From Blepharisma stoltei ATCC 30299 (lineage: Eukaryota > Protista > Ciliophora): a stretch of 64,000 bases of DNA. The position numbers and the translations under genes are program-made. Shown piece after piece: positions 1-11,691 of the stretch (position 1 is the first letter of the stretch; every line of letters begins with the position of its first letter). Where the stretch lies: contig CBFDEM010000017.1 of NCBI GenBank assembly GCA_965603825.1, positions 62,001 through 126,000 of the forward strand, given 5' to 3'. The notes beneath the pieces were generated by a model, which saw only the letters and a list, made by a program, of their open reading frames with translations, had not been told where the DNA came from and made no database searches.

Positions 1-522
1 GAATACCAAATCCACGTTTAAAGCAGTTTTCGCTGAAGTCTCGAACCATTCCATGTCATGTTCGTTCGCATATGCTTTTGCGATGTCTTCTCCAACTGTC
101 TTGCTTTCTCTATCAGCTTTGTTCCCTACTAAATACAGCAAGCAGTCAGGAACCTGTGCCTTTAAGGTGTTCACCCAGTAGTCAACTCGCTCAAAAGATC
201 GTTTGTCGCCCACATCATATACAATTACTGCAGCTGCGGCATCTCGGTAATAAAGAGGCATCAGCGCTCTGAACCTTTCTTGTCCTGCAGTGTCCCAAAT
301 GTCTAGGACTGTGACTTTCCCGTCACCGGTGTCAACTCTGGATTGTAAAAATGCTCCACCGATTGTTACTTCGTGGGCATCACTGAACTCGCCACGTGTA
401 TATCGGACTAAGAGAGAGGATTTCCCGACGCCTGAGTCTCCGAGGAACACGACTTTGGACTCAACCTTGAGGGTTGAGTTGAGAAGAGACCCATCAGCTC
501 GTTTTTGAGATCTGCAACACAT
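1..522 (-). CDS. Rab5/RabF-like small GTPase, N-terminal MCC (3' end runs off the window)
   Basis: Not in the ORF track. Open frame from ATG 522 to the window edge: MCCRSQKR...KVVFLGDSGVGKS...HEVTIGGAFL...IWDTAGQERF...GNKAD...ETSAK. Paralog of 676-1239. Confidence 0.92.
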   Translation of the reverse strand, partial: MCCRSQKRADGSLLNSTLKVESKVVFLGDSGVGKSSLLVRYTRGEFSDAHEVTIGGAFLQSRVDTGDGKVTVLDIWDTAGQERFRALMPLYYRDAAAAVIVYDVGDKRSFERVDYWVNTLKAQVPDCLLYLVGNKADRESKTVGEDIAKAYANEHDMEWFETSAKTALNVDLVF

Positions 523-675
523 AGTTCTCTTGTAATTAAAAAATGGTTGCGTGAAGATTTTTTGATATGAGGATTTATAGAAATTTATTTAATAGAAAAC
601 AAAATTAGTTAGCAGGCTTCTTTTCTATAAATATCTTCATTATTTCAGGATACATAAAGCTAGCTAATCTGCTGA

Positions 676-1239
676 TTAATTTCATTTCACCTTTTCCACT
701 CCTTCAGCTACTCTTTTAAACAATAAATCGACGTTGAGAGCGGACTTAGCTGAGGTTTCCAGCCAATCCATCCCATTTGCAGTCGCAAAATCCTTAGCTA
801 CAAACTCATCAACCATTTTAGGCTCTTTGTCTGCTTTATTTCCGACCAGATATAGCAAGCAATCAGGAACCTGGTCTTTAAGTGTCTTTACCCAATATTG
901 GACTCTACTAAAAGAGTGCTGGTTTGAGACATCATATACAATTATCGCTGCAGTTGAATTCCTATAATACATAGGCATCAATGATAAAAATCTGTCTTGC
1001 CCAGCAGTGTCCCAGATGTTTAGAACAACCATTTTCTCATTGCTTAAGGCTACCTTCTTCTCCAAATATGCGCCTCCGATTGTAACTTCATGATTTTCAT
1101 TAAACTCTCCCCTGTCAAATCTCCATAGAAGCGAGGACTTCCCCACTCCTGAGTCGCCAAGGAGGACCACTTTGGACTCAGTTTTAGACGACGTGTTTAA
1201 GGTGGGCGATCCTTGACGCTTTGGTGATTTGCAGCACAT
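676..1239 (-). CDS. Rab5/RabF-like small GTPase, N-terminal MCC, no C-terminal prenylation cysteines
   Basis: GDSGVGKS, HEVTIGGAYL, WDTAGQDRF, GNKAD, ETSAK. TGA at 682-684 is followed by AAT TAA, so the end is 676 if TGA=Trp. Confidence 0.92.
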
Positions 1240-1269
1240 ATTTATTTAAATCGGTAAATATTTAGCAAT

Positions 1270-3174
1270 TTAGTTAGTTGCATTTGACAGCGATGCAACG
1301 TGGTTTTTTAGCCGATTGAAGCCTTTATTGTCAGAAGAATTTTCAATCCCCACGCTTAGTAGCTTATGAGGACCCCTTCGAGCCTGCTCATAAACCATGT
1401 CTTTGTATTTTAGGAATTGGTCAAACTGGAACTTCCTTTCTTTGTGCAATTCAAACCAGTAAAGCACGATCCCTGCATAAAACCTCAGAAAAGTGTGGTA
1501 TAAGTCCTTCTCTTTCCCTATCAGCTTGTTAAGCCTACCTTCCTTCAAGCAAGAAACTGCTATCCTCGCTAGCTCAAGCAGTACAATTGCCCAAGGAAAG
1601 CCACAGAACGTATCTTTTGATGCAAGCAGCATTTGCTTCGAGTATTTGTAATACTTATTCACCATATATAATAGACATAACAACCCAGCCAGTCCAATTT
1701 CGCCTAAATCATCCTGAGGACTACTGCCTGAAAATCCAATTTCCATCCAATGAGGACCTATTATAGGACAGTCTGATTGAGAGCTAGTAATTATTTTATA
1801 AACTGTCATAATCATAGACAAGTGGAAACTTTGGGATGAATCGAAATCTGTACACGACAATACAAGTAGCCTTTCTTTTTCTGCATTGCTCTCGCGGTCA
1901 AGCTTAGGCATACTTGGTGCAAAGCACGCAGAAAAGAATGAGAAAAATGATTTTTTCTTTGGGATCAGAGTCCGGCGGATCTCATCAGAAATTTTGATTT
2001 CTTCGATTTGAGATAACGCTTGCTCAACAGTGTAATTTCTGCTGTAGAAAAGTGCATGGGTTGTATTGTGGGCTTCTAGGTCTTCCATGGAGAGATTTTT
2101 TTCGAGCTTATCGGCAGATTTTATTTCTGAAATTTCGATTGTAACGAAATCTTCATTAACTTTCTTTGTCTCCAGCTTTTCAACAATTGCGACTTCTTGG
2201 ACGTTTTCCCATTCGTCGATATTTACGACAACTTGGGATTCTTGGACTTCGGTTTCTTTTTCATGGGACGCTTCGTTATTCATTTCGGCTTTCATTTCCA
2301 TTTGCTGGAGTTTTGCTTGGGCCTTGATTCCTCTTGTTTTTAAATCGACTTTTTTAGACTTATTAGTCTTTTCCTGCTTCTTTTCTGGCTTTTTGGCTTC
2401 AGCTTCTGCTATCGGAGCGATCACAATTTCTCCTTCAAAATCAGCGTCGAATTCGTCTGAGCCGGATTCAGACTCTTCTTGCTCATTTACATTAGCACTA
2501 TACATGGCGTATTCTCAGGCCTCACCCATTTTATCTTCTTCAAAAACGTCTTCTTCAGCAACTTCTTGCTTTTTCTCTTTTTTTTTGCTCCCAAACTTAA
2601 AATCGAACTCAGAGCTTTTAGCCTTTTCTTCCTTTTTAGGTTCTTGCTTTAAAACCTCAGGCAGTTTGATAGTTGGGTGGCTCTGTTCTATTGCAGCAGC
2701 TTTAGGCTCACTCTCAGTCGGTTTTTTGGCTTTTTGCAATTTAAGTTTTTGTTCTGTTTCTTTAGATTTAAGGCTTGCAGATGCTGCACTAGATGAGCCA
2801 GCTGCTTTTGGCTTGGACTCAGTAGCATCTATTTTATGCGAAATTTTGAACTTTGGCGTTTCTAAAGACTTATGTGCATTTAAATCTTCTTGATTTTGAA
2901 AAGGATTTGAAAGATCTTCAGGGCTAGCTATGTCAATAAGCACATCATTTAGGCACTCCATAATATCATCTTGGGGTTTCGGTTCTGGGTTGATGTAGCT
3001 TTCTTTTTCTTTGCTCATCACTATTCTTCTTCCAGGTCTTGCTGGCTTTTTGCTGCTAGGTTCAACTGGCACTATGCTTTGCTGTGTCTTTTTTTCGTTT
3101 GCTTCCTCTGCTTCCAACTGTCCGTCAGCTCTGAGTGACGCTTCTAAAATAGCTGCAAGTCTGTTTTCTCCCAT
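1270..3174 (-). CDS. ELMO/CED-12 domain protein (ELMOD-like) with long charged N-terminus, about 634 aa
   Basis: ORFs 2515-3174 and 1270-2505 join in frame across TGA 2515-2517. C-terminal CPIIGPHWMEIGFSGSSPQDDLGEIGLAGL and FPWA resemble the ELMO domain. Confidence 0.75.
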
Positions 3175-3568
3175 ATTATTTTAATATTGTGAATTAGAGT
3201 ATTATTATAAACATTTTCTTTGTAAATTCAAAAGGGAAATCAATTTTTTCATTTATTATGCATTGAAAATTGGTATTAAGAGCTAGGATCTGATCTGTGC
3301 TAATAAATTCGGGTAGCTTTACTAATGGCAATGAGAATTATGATGTATGCTTTGTGCAATTTTTGGCTTATATTAAGCTTTTTCCCATATATTAATTTTT
3401 GATAGTTTTTTATTCAAAATTAGCATTTTGCAAAAATCTTGTTTATAAATTTTTAAAATTCGTCCTAGCAGCGCCGATATAAATCTAGTTATAGAAGAAT
3501 AAATTTGTCTTTTTCATATAAATTGCTTTTTAAGTGTATGATTTCTCAGTAATTGTCCATTAAATTAA

Positions 3569-4030
3569 ATGTCAACAACAGACGTGACTACTCAAGCTTT
3601 CTTTGGATTCATGGGAGTATCAAGCGCTCTTGTCTTCGCTAACCTCGGTGCAGCCTACGGAACTGCCAAAAGTGGCGTTGGAATTTCTTCAATGGGTGTG
3701 ATTAAGCCCGAATTGATCATGAAATCAATTATCCCAGTTGTCATGGCTGGTGTCTTAGGTATTTACGGGCTTATTGTCGCAGTCATTTTAGTGCAAAAGA
3801 TCAATGACAACGACTACTCATTTTACGATGGATACAAACACCTGGCTTCAGGATTATGTTGTGGACTCAGCTCATTGGCAGCAGGAATGGCAATTGGTAT
3901 TGTAGGAGACGCAGGAGTTCGAGCGAATGCACAGCAGGACAAAATCTTTGTAGGCATGATCTTGATACTCATCTTTGCAGAAGCGCTGGGACTCTACGGA
4001 CTAATTATTGCGCTAATCTTATCTCAGTAA
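3569..4030 (+). CDS. ATP6V0C: V-type H+-ATPase proteolipid subunit c
   Basis: [44 protein letters not shown] with the conserved Glu. Confidence 0.98.
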   Translation: MSTTDVTTQAFFGFMGVSSALVFANLGAAYGTAKSGVGISSMGVIKPELIMKSIIPVVMAGVLGIYGLIVAVILVQKINDNDYSFYDGYKHLASGLCCGLSSLAAGMAIGIVGDAGVRANAQQDKIFVGMILILIFAEALGLYGLIIALILSQ

Positions 4031-4041
4031 TTATTTTCTAC

Positions 4042-6117
4042 TTAATGACGATTAAAGCTAAATTCTTCTTCCCACAGGCGGTACATTTCTTCGTCAAAGG
4101 TAGGGAATCTTTCTTGGAAAGACCTGATGATCCCGTCCATGCTTTCCTCAAACTTGATCAGCTCAGGAAAACTTCCATTGAAGTCTAGGTGGCATTGGAC
4201 GTTGGCTTTTCGTGGCTTCATGTTGCTGATAACGATTTGGCGGACTCTTAATATAGTGTCGTCCATCTGGGAGTAGTGATTGAAAAGCTCAGTGCCTCTT
4301 CTGACATCTCCAGTGCCTTTGAAGCAGTTTAGCTTCGTTAGGAAGCGGGAAATGGCGTTAAAGCCTTCAGTTGGGATTTTGCTGTAGTCCATTCTCAGTA
4401 TGAACTGGTTATCTTCTGTAAATTCAATTCTTACTAGCCCTTCTACTTCCAGCATAACTCTAAAAATCACATATCTGGCCCATGCATGCGCCTGACCCCA
4501 TTTTCCAGCTTCTGAGTTATACAAAACCAGCCCTTTCAGTCCTCCGAGAGCCATGTTGAGCCAAATCATGTTTCTTGATCTTTCAATGTCTTCAGTGATT
4601 CCAAAAGCTTCATATGGCTCATTAAAGCACGATAAATAAACAGCCACAGTCTCAGCTCTACATTCCTCATATGGGTTTGAAAGGCTTCCGAATTTCGAAG
4701 ACCAAGTTTCATCTCCTTCGTACCAGCAGTCAATCTTTTCTCCAGTTGCGGGGTTTATGGCTTCTGTGTCAAAGTTAAAATGCCCATTTGCATCTCTTGA
4801 TAGGAGTTTTCCTGATCCATGACCAAGCAGCTCGTGAAGAGCAACTGCAAGCTCTCCGGCAGTATGAAAAAGATCTTCAATCATCTGGGCATCTTCCTGG
4901 GATACAAATTGAAGTGTTTTTAGGTTGACTTTAGGATACGCGTTTCCCAAGTTCACATTTTTGAACCCTTCAGATTGTCTTATATCGTCGTAATTTGGAA
5001 TGTTGATGCCTATAGGAAGAAGAGAGCCAGGAAATGCGAGAACAGTGAGTGAGGTGAAATCAGGCTTCAAAAATTGGTCTTTCTCAAAGGTCTTGCCCCA
5101 TGGTAGCTTTGGGATGATTTCTGCAGCTTTGGAGACTAAAGTGGAGTACTTGGAACTTACGATTTTGTCGACAATGCTGACGAATCCTTCAAAATCAGAC
5201 CTGATGTTCATAGGGTCCACATAATTTTCAATGAAGCCGATGTTGGTTTCAACAACTGGGCCTTTGTCTTTTATCCAATGTCTCTGAGAGTTTTTATGAT
5301 CTTTTATGTCGCCAGTCGAAAAATGCTTGATGTAATCAACGATCATTCTCTCTTGATGCTCGTTTGCAGAATACGGAAGAGCATTAGATAAGTGGGAGAT
5401 AATTCTTTGGGTGAATATGTAGAAATCTCCATTAGAAATCCTGATTTTCTGACCTTCAAATTCATAATCTCCTAAGCAAGGTAGCCATTGCCCTCGATTG
5501 CTTGCAATTTTTACATCCAAAACGCCGTCAACCTTCCAAAGCCTACTATTCCAATGCAAGTCTACTTGGTTTATGCTAATCAGAAACCTCTTTACAAGTT
5601 CTGCATCAGAAGAAGTTACATTGTAAGAGTAATAAGAGCTCACACCTCCTCTGTCAGAAAACTCAAGATTATTAAGTGGAGGATTCCTATCATAAATCAA
5701 ATTTCCTACCTTTGCCCAAATATCCTTTATTCTAGGAGTCCCAATTCTTCTTACAAGGTTGTCAAATTTTTCCTGTGCAAGCTCAGGGACGAGTTTATTA
5801 CTTCCGAAGCCCCAATAATTACCAAAATTGGTATAAACTCCACAAGCATAAGCTTTGAGTAAATTTAAGTCTTCTTCTGCGAAACCAATTTGTAGTGCTC
5901 TCTCTTTCAGATAGGGAATGCTGAAAAGTTCTTGTAAGAGTAGAAAGATGCCTGGGGACTCGTAAGACTTTTGGAAGAAAGTAATTTTGCTGCCTTCCCA
6001 GCAAGCAAGAGAAAAGTGGTATGCGTAAAGCTTTTCTTGAATTGTCAGAGCATTCCAAGCCTGCTCACATTCAAGTAATTGGATGGGAGTATCAACTCGG
6101 AAATGAGGGATGGCCAT
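4042..6117 (-). CDS. DPP3: Dipeptidyl peptidase III (peptidase M49)
   Basis: HELLGH and EECRAE zinc motifs, GINIPNYDDIRQ, GFKNVNLGN. First ATG at 6117 (the track start is TTG). Confidence 0.96.
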   Translation of the reverse strand: MAIPHFRVDTPIQLLECEQAWNALTIQEKLYAYHFSLACWEGSKITFFQKSYESPGIFLLLQELFSIPYLKERALQIGFAEEDLNLLKAYACGVYTNFGNYWGFGSNKLVPELAQEKFDNLVRRIGTPRIKDIWAKVGNLIYDRNPPLNNLEFSDRGGVSSYYSYNVTSSDAELVKRFLISINQVDLHWNSRLWKVDGVLDVKIASNRGQWLPCLGDYEFEGQKIRISNGDFYIFTQRIISHLSNALPYSANEHQERMIVDYIKHFSTGDIKDHKNSQRHWIKDKGPVVETNIGFIENYVDPMNIRSDFEGFVSIVDKIVSSKYSTLVSKAAEIIPKLPWGKTFEKDQFLKPDFTSLTVLAFPGSLLPIGINIPNYDDIRQSEGFKNVNLGNAYPKVNLKTLQFVSQEDAQMIEDLFHTAGELAVALHELLGHGSGKLLSRDANGHFNFDTEAINPATGEKIDCWYEGDETWSSKFGSLSNPYEECRAETVAVYLSCFNEPYEAFGITEDIERSRNMIWLNMALGGLKGLVLYNSEAGKWGQAHAWARYVIFRVMLEVEGLVRIEFTEDNQFILRMDYSKIPTEGFNAISRFLTKLNCFKGTGDVRRGTELFNHYSQMDDTILRVRQIVISNMKPRKANVQCHLDFNGSFPELIKFEESMDGIIRSFQERFPTFDEEMYRLWEEEFSFNRH

Positions 6118-6398
6118 ATTTATTTCTGTTGCTCTGAAATAAATCAATGATTAACAATGCAATTCAACTAAGCAAGTAAAGAGAAATCCTTAAAGAGCTG
6201 TTCAATTATTTTAGATAAACTTCGAGTTTTTATAAAGCCTCATAAAATTATTTTAATAATTTCTCAGACAGCGGTAGTCAATACATAAATCGTTATGTCA
6301 ACGATTTTTAAAGATTAAGAAACGGTCAGATTTCATATGAGACAATTATCGGTGTAAAATATTAAAAATAACTGAAAATTACACAAAATGGTATTATT

Positions 6399-7688
6399 CT
6401 AATTATTATCAATATCAGCTCTTTCACGCTTCGTAGGATCGCTAACTTCAAATGAGATTTCAGAGTCTAAGTTAGGAATATTTACTTCAACCGGCTTAGA
6501 CAGATTAAGTCCAGAAATCACAATAGGATAAAGATATGTGAGCATCCATCCCATTTGATAAAATACGAATAAGTCAAAAAAGAATAGAAAATATGGATTT
6601 TTGATGACTTCAGTCAAGCCAAAAGTATCAGTCACTTTTTTCAAGCTTGAATTAGTAGATGAAGTCGATTGAAAAATTACAATAAAAATGTTTCCCACAT
6701 TGAAGTACACCCAACTGCAAATTACCCTAATTATCTTGTGATAAATTGTTAAAGTGCCTCACCATTTACATTGAAACGTTCTGTAGCAAATTACGAAGCC
6801 CAATAGAGCTCCTGTTGGGATGGCTAAAATTGTTGATTGATGTAAATCATAAGCAGATATGTTCCTGCTCGTTAAAGACATTGTGTCGTGACATATTGTG
6901 TCGATTATATCTTCCCATGTGTCAGAAAGTTCTGCATTCCTTGTTTCAAATAAAATCAGCCCAAAAAAGGCGCTGGCCGCAAAGACGATGTGAAATATTG
7001 CCAGACCTTGCTTTGGCTTATCAAGCACATTTATAATTAACTCTGTAAATTTTGAATCAAAAATAATAAAAGGAATTAAAATTACCAAACCTCAAAAGAT
7101 GCTTAAAAACATTCCGATCACAGTTTGGATCCCTATAATTATTTCAGTGATACTAACCAGGCAGTTTCAGGCAGCGAAAAAGCCAGCAAGAGCTAGATAT
7201 ACCCATGTCGGATATTCATTGCGTTTTAATGATTTCAGTAGTAAAATATAATAAAGAGATACCGAAAAAGTGACCATTGTTCTCTCACTCGGCATACTTC
7301 AGTCAAGCAAGCACTGCCAGCCCTCGACGCTTTCATATTCAAGATATGGCAAAGGTTTTGCATAAATCATAGCCAGAATGCTTCTAGAGTATACAAGAAT
7401 ATTTGCCACGATAAGAATTTTTATTCCCATTAAAGGGTCCAATTCGGAATGTGGCTGTAAGTAATAGAGCTGATAAGTGAATGGGATAAACATGAACATA
7501 ATCCTAAAAAAGTTTTTAGTTGAATCCGGATCGTAACCCTGAAGTTGTATAATAGCATCAGGCCCATCTGCATCACTAACTACTAAATTGACAATAAAAA
7601 GTATAAGTCATACTATAAAAATCAAAACATATCCAATTCACGGAAAAATAATTCTTTTCTTTGCAGAAGGATAGAAATCTGTTTCCAT
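6399..7688 (-). CDS. Multi-pass membrane protein, degenerate PAP2/glucose-6-phosphatase-like, about 429 aa
   Basis: One frame from ATG 7688 to TAG 6399 through several TGA codons, joining three track ORFs. MIYAKPLPY...C...WSMPSER resembles PAP2 motifs 1 and 2 with substitutions. Confidence 0.6.
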
Positions 7689-7779
7689 TTATTTAAAGTT
7701 AATTGTCGACCTTTTTATATAGCTGCTAAATATTTTAAATTATAAGATAATTGTATTATTAGGATTTAATATAATTAAA

Positions 7780-8475
7780 TTACAAAATTATAGACGAACC
7801 CTCAATTGTTTGCACTTTTTCAATAAACATTTTGATAGAAGAAATTTTCGTTCTTATTGTTCCCCCAAGCCTTTTGACGTCCCTAATTTTATAGAACTGC
7901 TCCAAGTATTTTGAGAATAGCTGAACCCAATGTCCTAAAGTTCTTTCGTTCCTATCCTCAATCTCCAGCTCAGGGTTGCTATACACTTCTTCAATAACTT
8001 TTGACATGAGCTCAAAAGTCCCTTCATCTACTGTCCCAGGTGTCATGGACATCAAATGTGTGACAAAATCAGGCTCATATATAAGTTCTCTTATTTCTTC
8101 TGGTGAAGGAATAATCATAGTGTTTTTCATATAACAATAAATAATTGCCAACGCCACTTGTACACCTCTTTTCGCAATATTCAGTTTTTTGAAGTCCAGT
8201 TTGCATAAATCTTTATTGACGCTAAAAAGATTTGATAGCAATAAATCAATATTAATCATGGAAGAAGAGTTAAATGAGCCGATTTGCTGATAAATGCAAG
8301 TCAACTCTTCAATTCTTTGCAAAAATAGAGATTGTATGTCAGGTTTAAGATCAGAAAACATCTTTAAGAATTTTTTGTTGAGTGTTCTGAGAGATAGAAA
8401 GTCAGCAGGAGAAGAGATAAAGCAAATTATGTGATGTCTGAAGATATTGAGTGGAAGGCTTTCAAGAGTCACCAT
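7780..8475 (-). CDS. F-box-like protein, 231 aa
   Basis: N-terminal LESLPLNIFRHHIICFISSPADFLSLRTLNKKF fits the F-box pattern. Confidence 0.55.
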   Translation of the reverse strand: MVTLESLPLNIFRHHIICFISSPADFLSLRTLNKKFLKMFSDLKPDIQSLFLQRIEELTCIYQQIGSFNSSSMINIDLLLSNLFSVNKDLCKLDFKKLNIAKRGVQVALAIIYCYMKNTMIIPSPEEIRELIYEPDFVTHLMSMTPGTVDEGTFELMSKVIEEVYSNPELEIEDRNERTLGHWVQLFSKYLEQFYKIRDVKRLGGTIRTKISSIKMFIEKVQTIEGSSIIL

Positions 8476-8498
8476 TGATTAAATTATTTCATTTTATA

Positions 8499-9276
8499 AT
8501 GGGATGCTGTGAATATAGAGATGTAAGATCTAGCCTAGAATTCTCGCTTTCAGAAGCCTTTAACAAGCCTTAAGAGGCGTAGCAGAAAAAGAAATAGTCA
8601 TCTAGAAATGTGCTATCAAGGCTCTTTTAAGAAAGAATGAGATTTGGAGGAAGACTGCAACAGTGATTTTATTCTTGACAAAATTCCAGAGTTAGTCGAA
8701 GAAGAACTGTATTTACGCTGTGTTTTGAACTATGTAGAGAAGCTTCTGATACGGTCTGATTGGAGCTCCTATGTTTCTGACGACCTAATGGATTTGAAAA
8801 TGCTTGAAGAAAACGATTCCTATTACTGCCATATAAAGCTCACCTTCAGTGCATTAATTTCAACAGAATTGATACTACAAACTTTGAATGTCCCATCTAG
8901 GAGAGTAGGCTGAGACAATGCTATAGAAGAAATGACTATTATTGAAGGGAGTCAAATTTTAGACGCTGAGATCGACGTGATCCCTTACTCTGAAAGCACC
9001 TTTATTACTTACAAAAGATATGTGCGCAAATACAAAAATGCCATTGCTTCAATGTCAATTGAAGAAGTAGGAAATGATCTCAGCTCCAACCAAATCATAA
9101 AGCAGAGCCCAAATGTATTTTTATACTTAATAGAGCACCAACGTCGCTCAACACAAATCCAGTTCGTGATTAGAAAAAGGATGCTCCAAATCCAAGATAA
9201 CCCAGAAATCGCATGACGCAAAATAAAAAAATGGGCACGGGGATATTATCAAGAAATCCTGGACAGCTTAAAATAG
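8499..9276 (+). CDS. Putative START-like lipid-binding protein with N-terminal MGCC; one 16-nt intron
   Basis: Removing the intron at 8523-8538 joins ATG 8499 to track ORFs 8644 and 8932 across TGAs, ending at TAG 9274-9276. RRVGWD (W=TGA) resembles the START RxxWD motif. Confidence 0.6.
8523..8538 (+). other. 16-nt spliceosomal intron GTAAGATCTAGCCTAG
   Basis: GT-AG ends, A at position 10; removal restores the reading frame. Confidence 0.75.
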
Positions 9277-9295
9277 TGAAAATTGGTTAATTATA

Positions 9296-11404
9296 TTATC
9301 TTATACTAGCAATTGTAGCTCTCTTTAATGGATATGGGGCGCCTCTGGCTTTTTGTTTGATCATCATTGCCCGTTTCAGGTGAACACAGTTACTTCCACA
9401 CTTTTCTGTATCATGTCCTTCCATAGCTTTCAGAAGATCCATTTTCAGGTTTGGACTGAGCATTTCAAACTCAGCGTCTTTTGCAAGAATTCTGGCAGTT
9501 TCTGCGAAACTATCATCCTTGGTTTCTTCAGCTACAATTTTTCGCTCAGGTGGCTCTCTAGCTTGAGTGTATCTCCTTTTTACAATATGTTGTGCGATCA
9601 TTTCTTCGGTCACTGGCTCAACATAAATATATTGGATTGCCTTGGAGTTTTCGCTTAAGTTGGCGATTTTACTTCTAAATTTCTCTTCTCTTTCTTCTGA
9701 TCGCAGTCGGAAAAAAAACTCGAGTTGTTCTGCAGATAGCGAGTTTAAAAACTCATTTTCTCCTGATATGTTAGATAGCAAACCACTTGAATTCTCAATG
9801 ATAACCTGCTTCCGAAGTCTTTGGTATGACTCAGACTGCCCAAGTGCAGGAGAATCTGCGTTTGAAGGAATTGGACTTGGGGAAAGGATACTTCTTTTCC
9901 TAAAAATGTTCGTTGGGCTCGGAGTTATTGACCTTTCTCTCACTCTGGATTTGATAGGATCTAGCGTGCTTATAGCCTCAATTTTTAATTTTGGAGCTTC
10001 AATGAGCCCTTCTTTTTCATACATGAAACTTCTTCTGTGAACAGTTTTTCATGCCCTTTCAATTATGCTCAGCTTTTGTTCTGCAATTTCCAGTTTCTTT
10101 GTTTTTACTTCAAGTTGCTCTGTAGTCTCATCCAATTCATTTCTAAATTTATCCAGTTTTTCTCTCTTGTGGTCGATGTCTTCTTCTGCTTCCTCAAGGT
10201 CTTTTCTCAGCTTTGCTATTTTTTCTTTTCTTTTTTGAATACCTTGAGTTAAATCAATAAGCTGATAATTTAAATCACTTTCATACTGTGTCAATTTATT
10301 ATTCCTATCAAATACATTTTTAGCTTCATCCTCCAACACTTTGATTCTTCTTTGGCTCTCTTCACACTCTTTTTGATATCTGGTATAAGCTTCTTCAAGT
10401 TTTTTATTTTCCTCCAATGCACACTCATATCTGTACTTCAACTGAAAAAGCTCTACTTCTTTTGAAGTGAACTGCTCTTGTAGTTTACCATACATAGAAG
10501 CATCCATAACTTCAAAATCAGTCTGTACCGAATGGTCATGCTTGATTTTGAGAAGCTGTTTTTTTGTTATTTGGTACTGCAGCTCTTCTTGGAATGCTTT
10601 CATCGTATTCCTTATGTCATTTGCCACTTCTCCATTTTCCAGCTCGAACAGCTTAGGGGTCTCACAAGGAGAGGGCACATCACTATACATCATCCTTAAA
10701 GATTCATAAAGGTCTTTTAGTTTTTTTGCCAGCGCTTCATTATTTAAATCACTTATTTTTTTGCTTAAATTCTTTAACGCCTCTATTTCTGGCGAGATAT
10801 CGTCAACAAAGCTGCTTTCAGTGTAATTTTGTGAATTTGAATAGGTTTGTGTATATTGCTCTCTTGTAAACCTTCTTGACGACTCACATGCTATGTACTT
10901 TTCTTCAGGTCTTTTATTTTGGATTTTGCTAACAGCACGGATGCATCCTGAGAGACCTCTTATTAGGCAATTTCCTATCCTTTGGTCTCGCTTCTTCACA
11001 GAGTTAATGATCCCTTGCATATAATGTGTGTACGCTTGCCATTCAACTTCTCCAGTTTTCGGATCATTTTTGTTTGTGTAATTATATGTTCTCAGCTCTA
11101 TTTCTTGAGTATCAAGCTGCTCTTCTAATGATTTGATTTCATCTATAATTGAAATATCATACCCAAACTTAGTGCGAGAATTTTGCGTCTCCAAAGTAAG
11201 AGATAGATCTAAGTTGTCATCGATTTCAATTACGTCTCTCACTTTTAGACGTGAGGTGCAGCATAATTCTTTTCTAATTTAAGCTTACATTTTTCGCTTG
11301 GCTTGTTCGTTTTTGAAAGATTTAGAAGTCAGCGAGGAATTTAAGCGAGGCTTTCTGGGAGATTGGCTGGAGTGAGAAAGTCTGATTAGAGGGAAACGCT
11401 TCAT
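9296..11404 (-). CDS. Coiled-coil protein of unknown function, about 697 aa; one 15-nt intron
   Basis: ORFs 10049-11242 and 9296-10024 join across TGA. Extends upstream to ATG 11404 after removing the intron at 11274-11288. Confidence 0.75.
11274..11288 (-). other. 15-nt intron GTAAGCTTAAATTAG
   Basis: GT-AG ends, A at position 10; contains the in-frame TAA that otherwise blocks the ORF. Confidence 0.75.
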
Positions 11405-11691
11405 TTTAATATTAATCAGTTAAATAATGAAGTTTAAATAATGGAGTAAAGCTGCCAGCTAATACTGTAGTTATACTTTATTTTTACTGCATAAGTTAAT
11501 ATGATTCTGATGAAATTCATATTATTTATATATAAATTAAAATTAAGGTAGTATTCTTATAGTAAAATTTACATAGTATTTTTCCAGTCGCATTGGCAAA
11601 TTGTGCCGTTATCTTCAAATTTTCTCTAGAATTTTTCAATTAAAAAACTCTCTTCATTGACTGAATGCGTGGCAAAAATTATAATTGTAAA

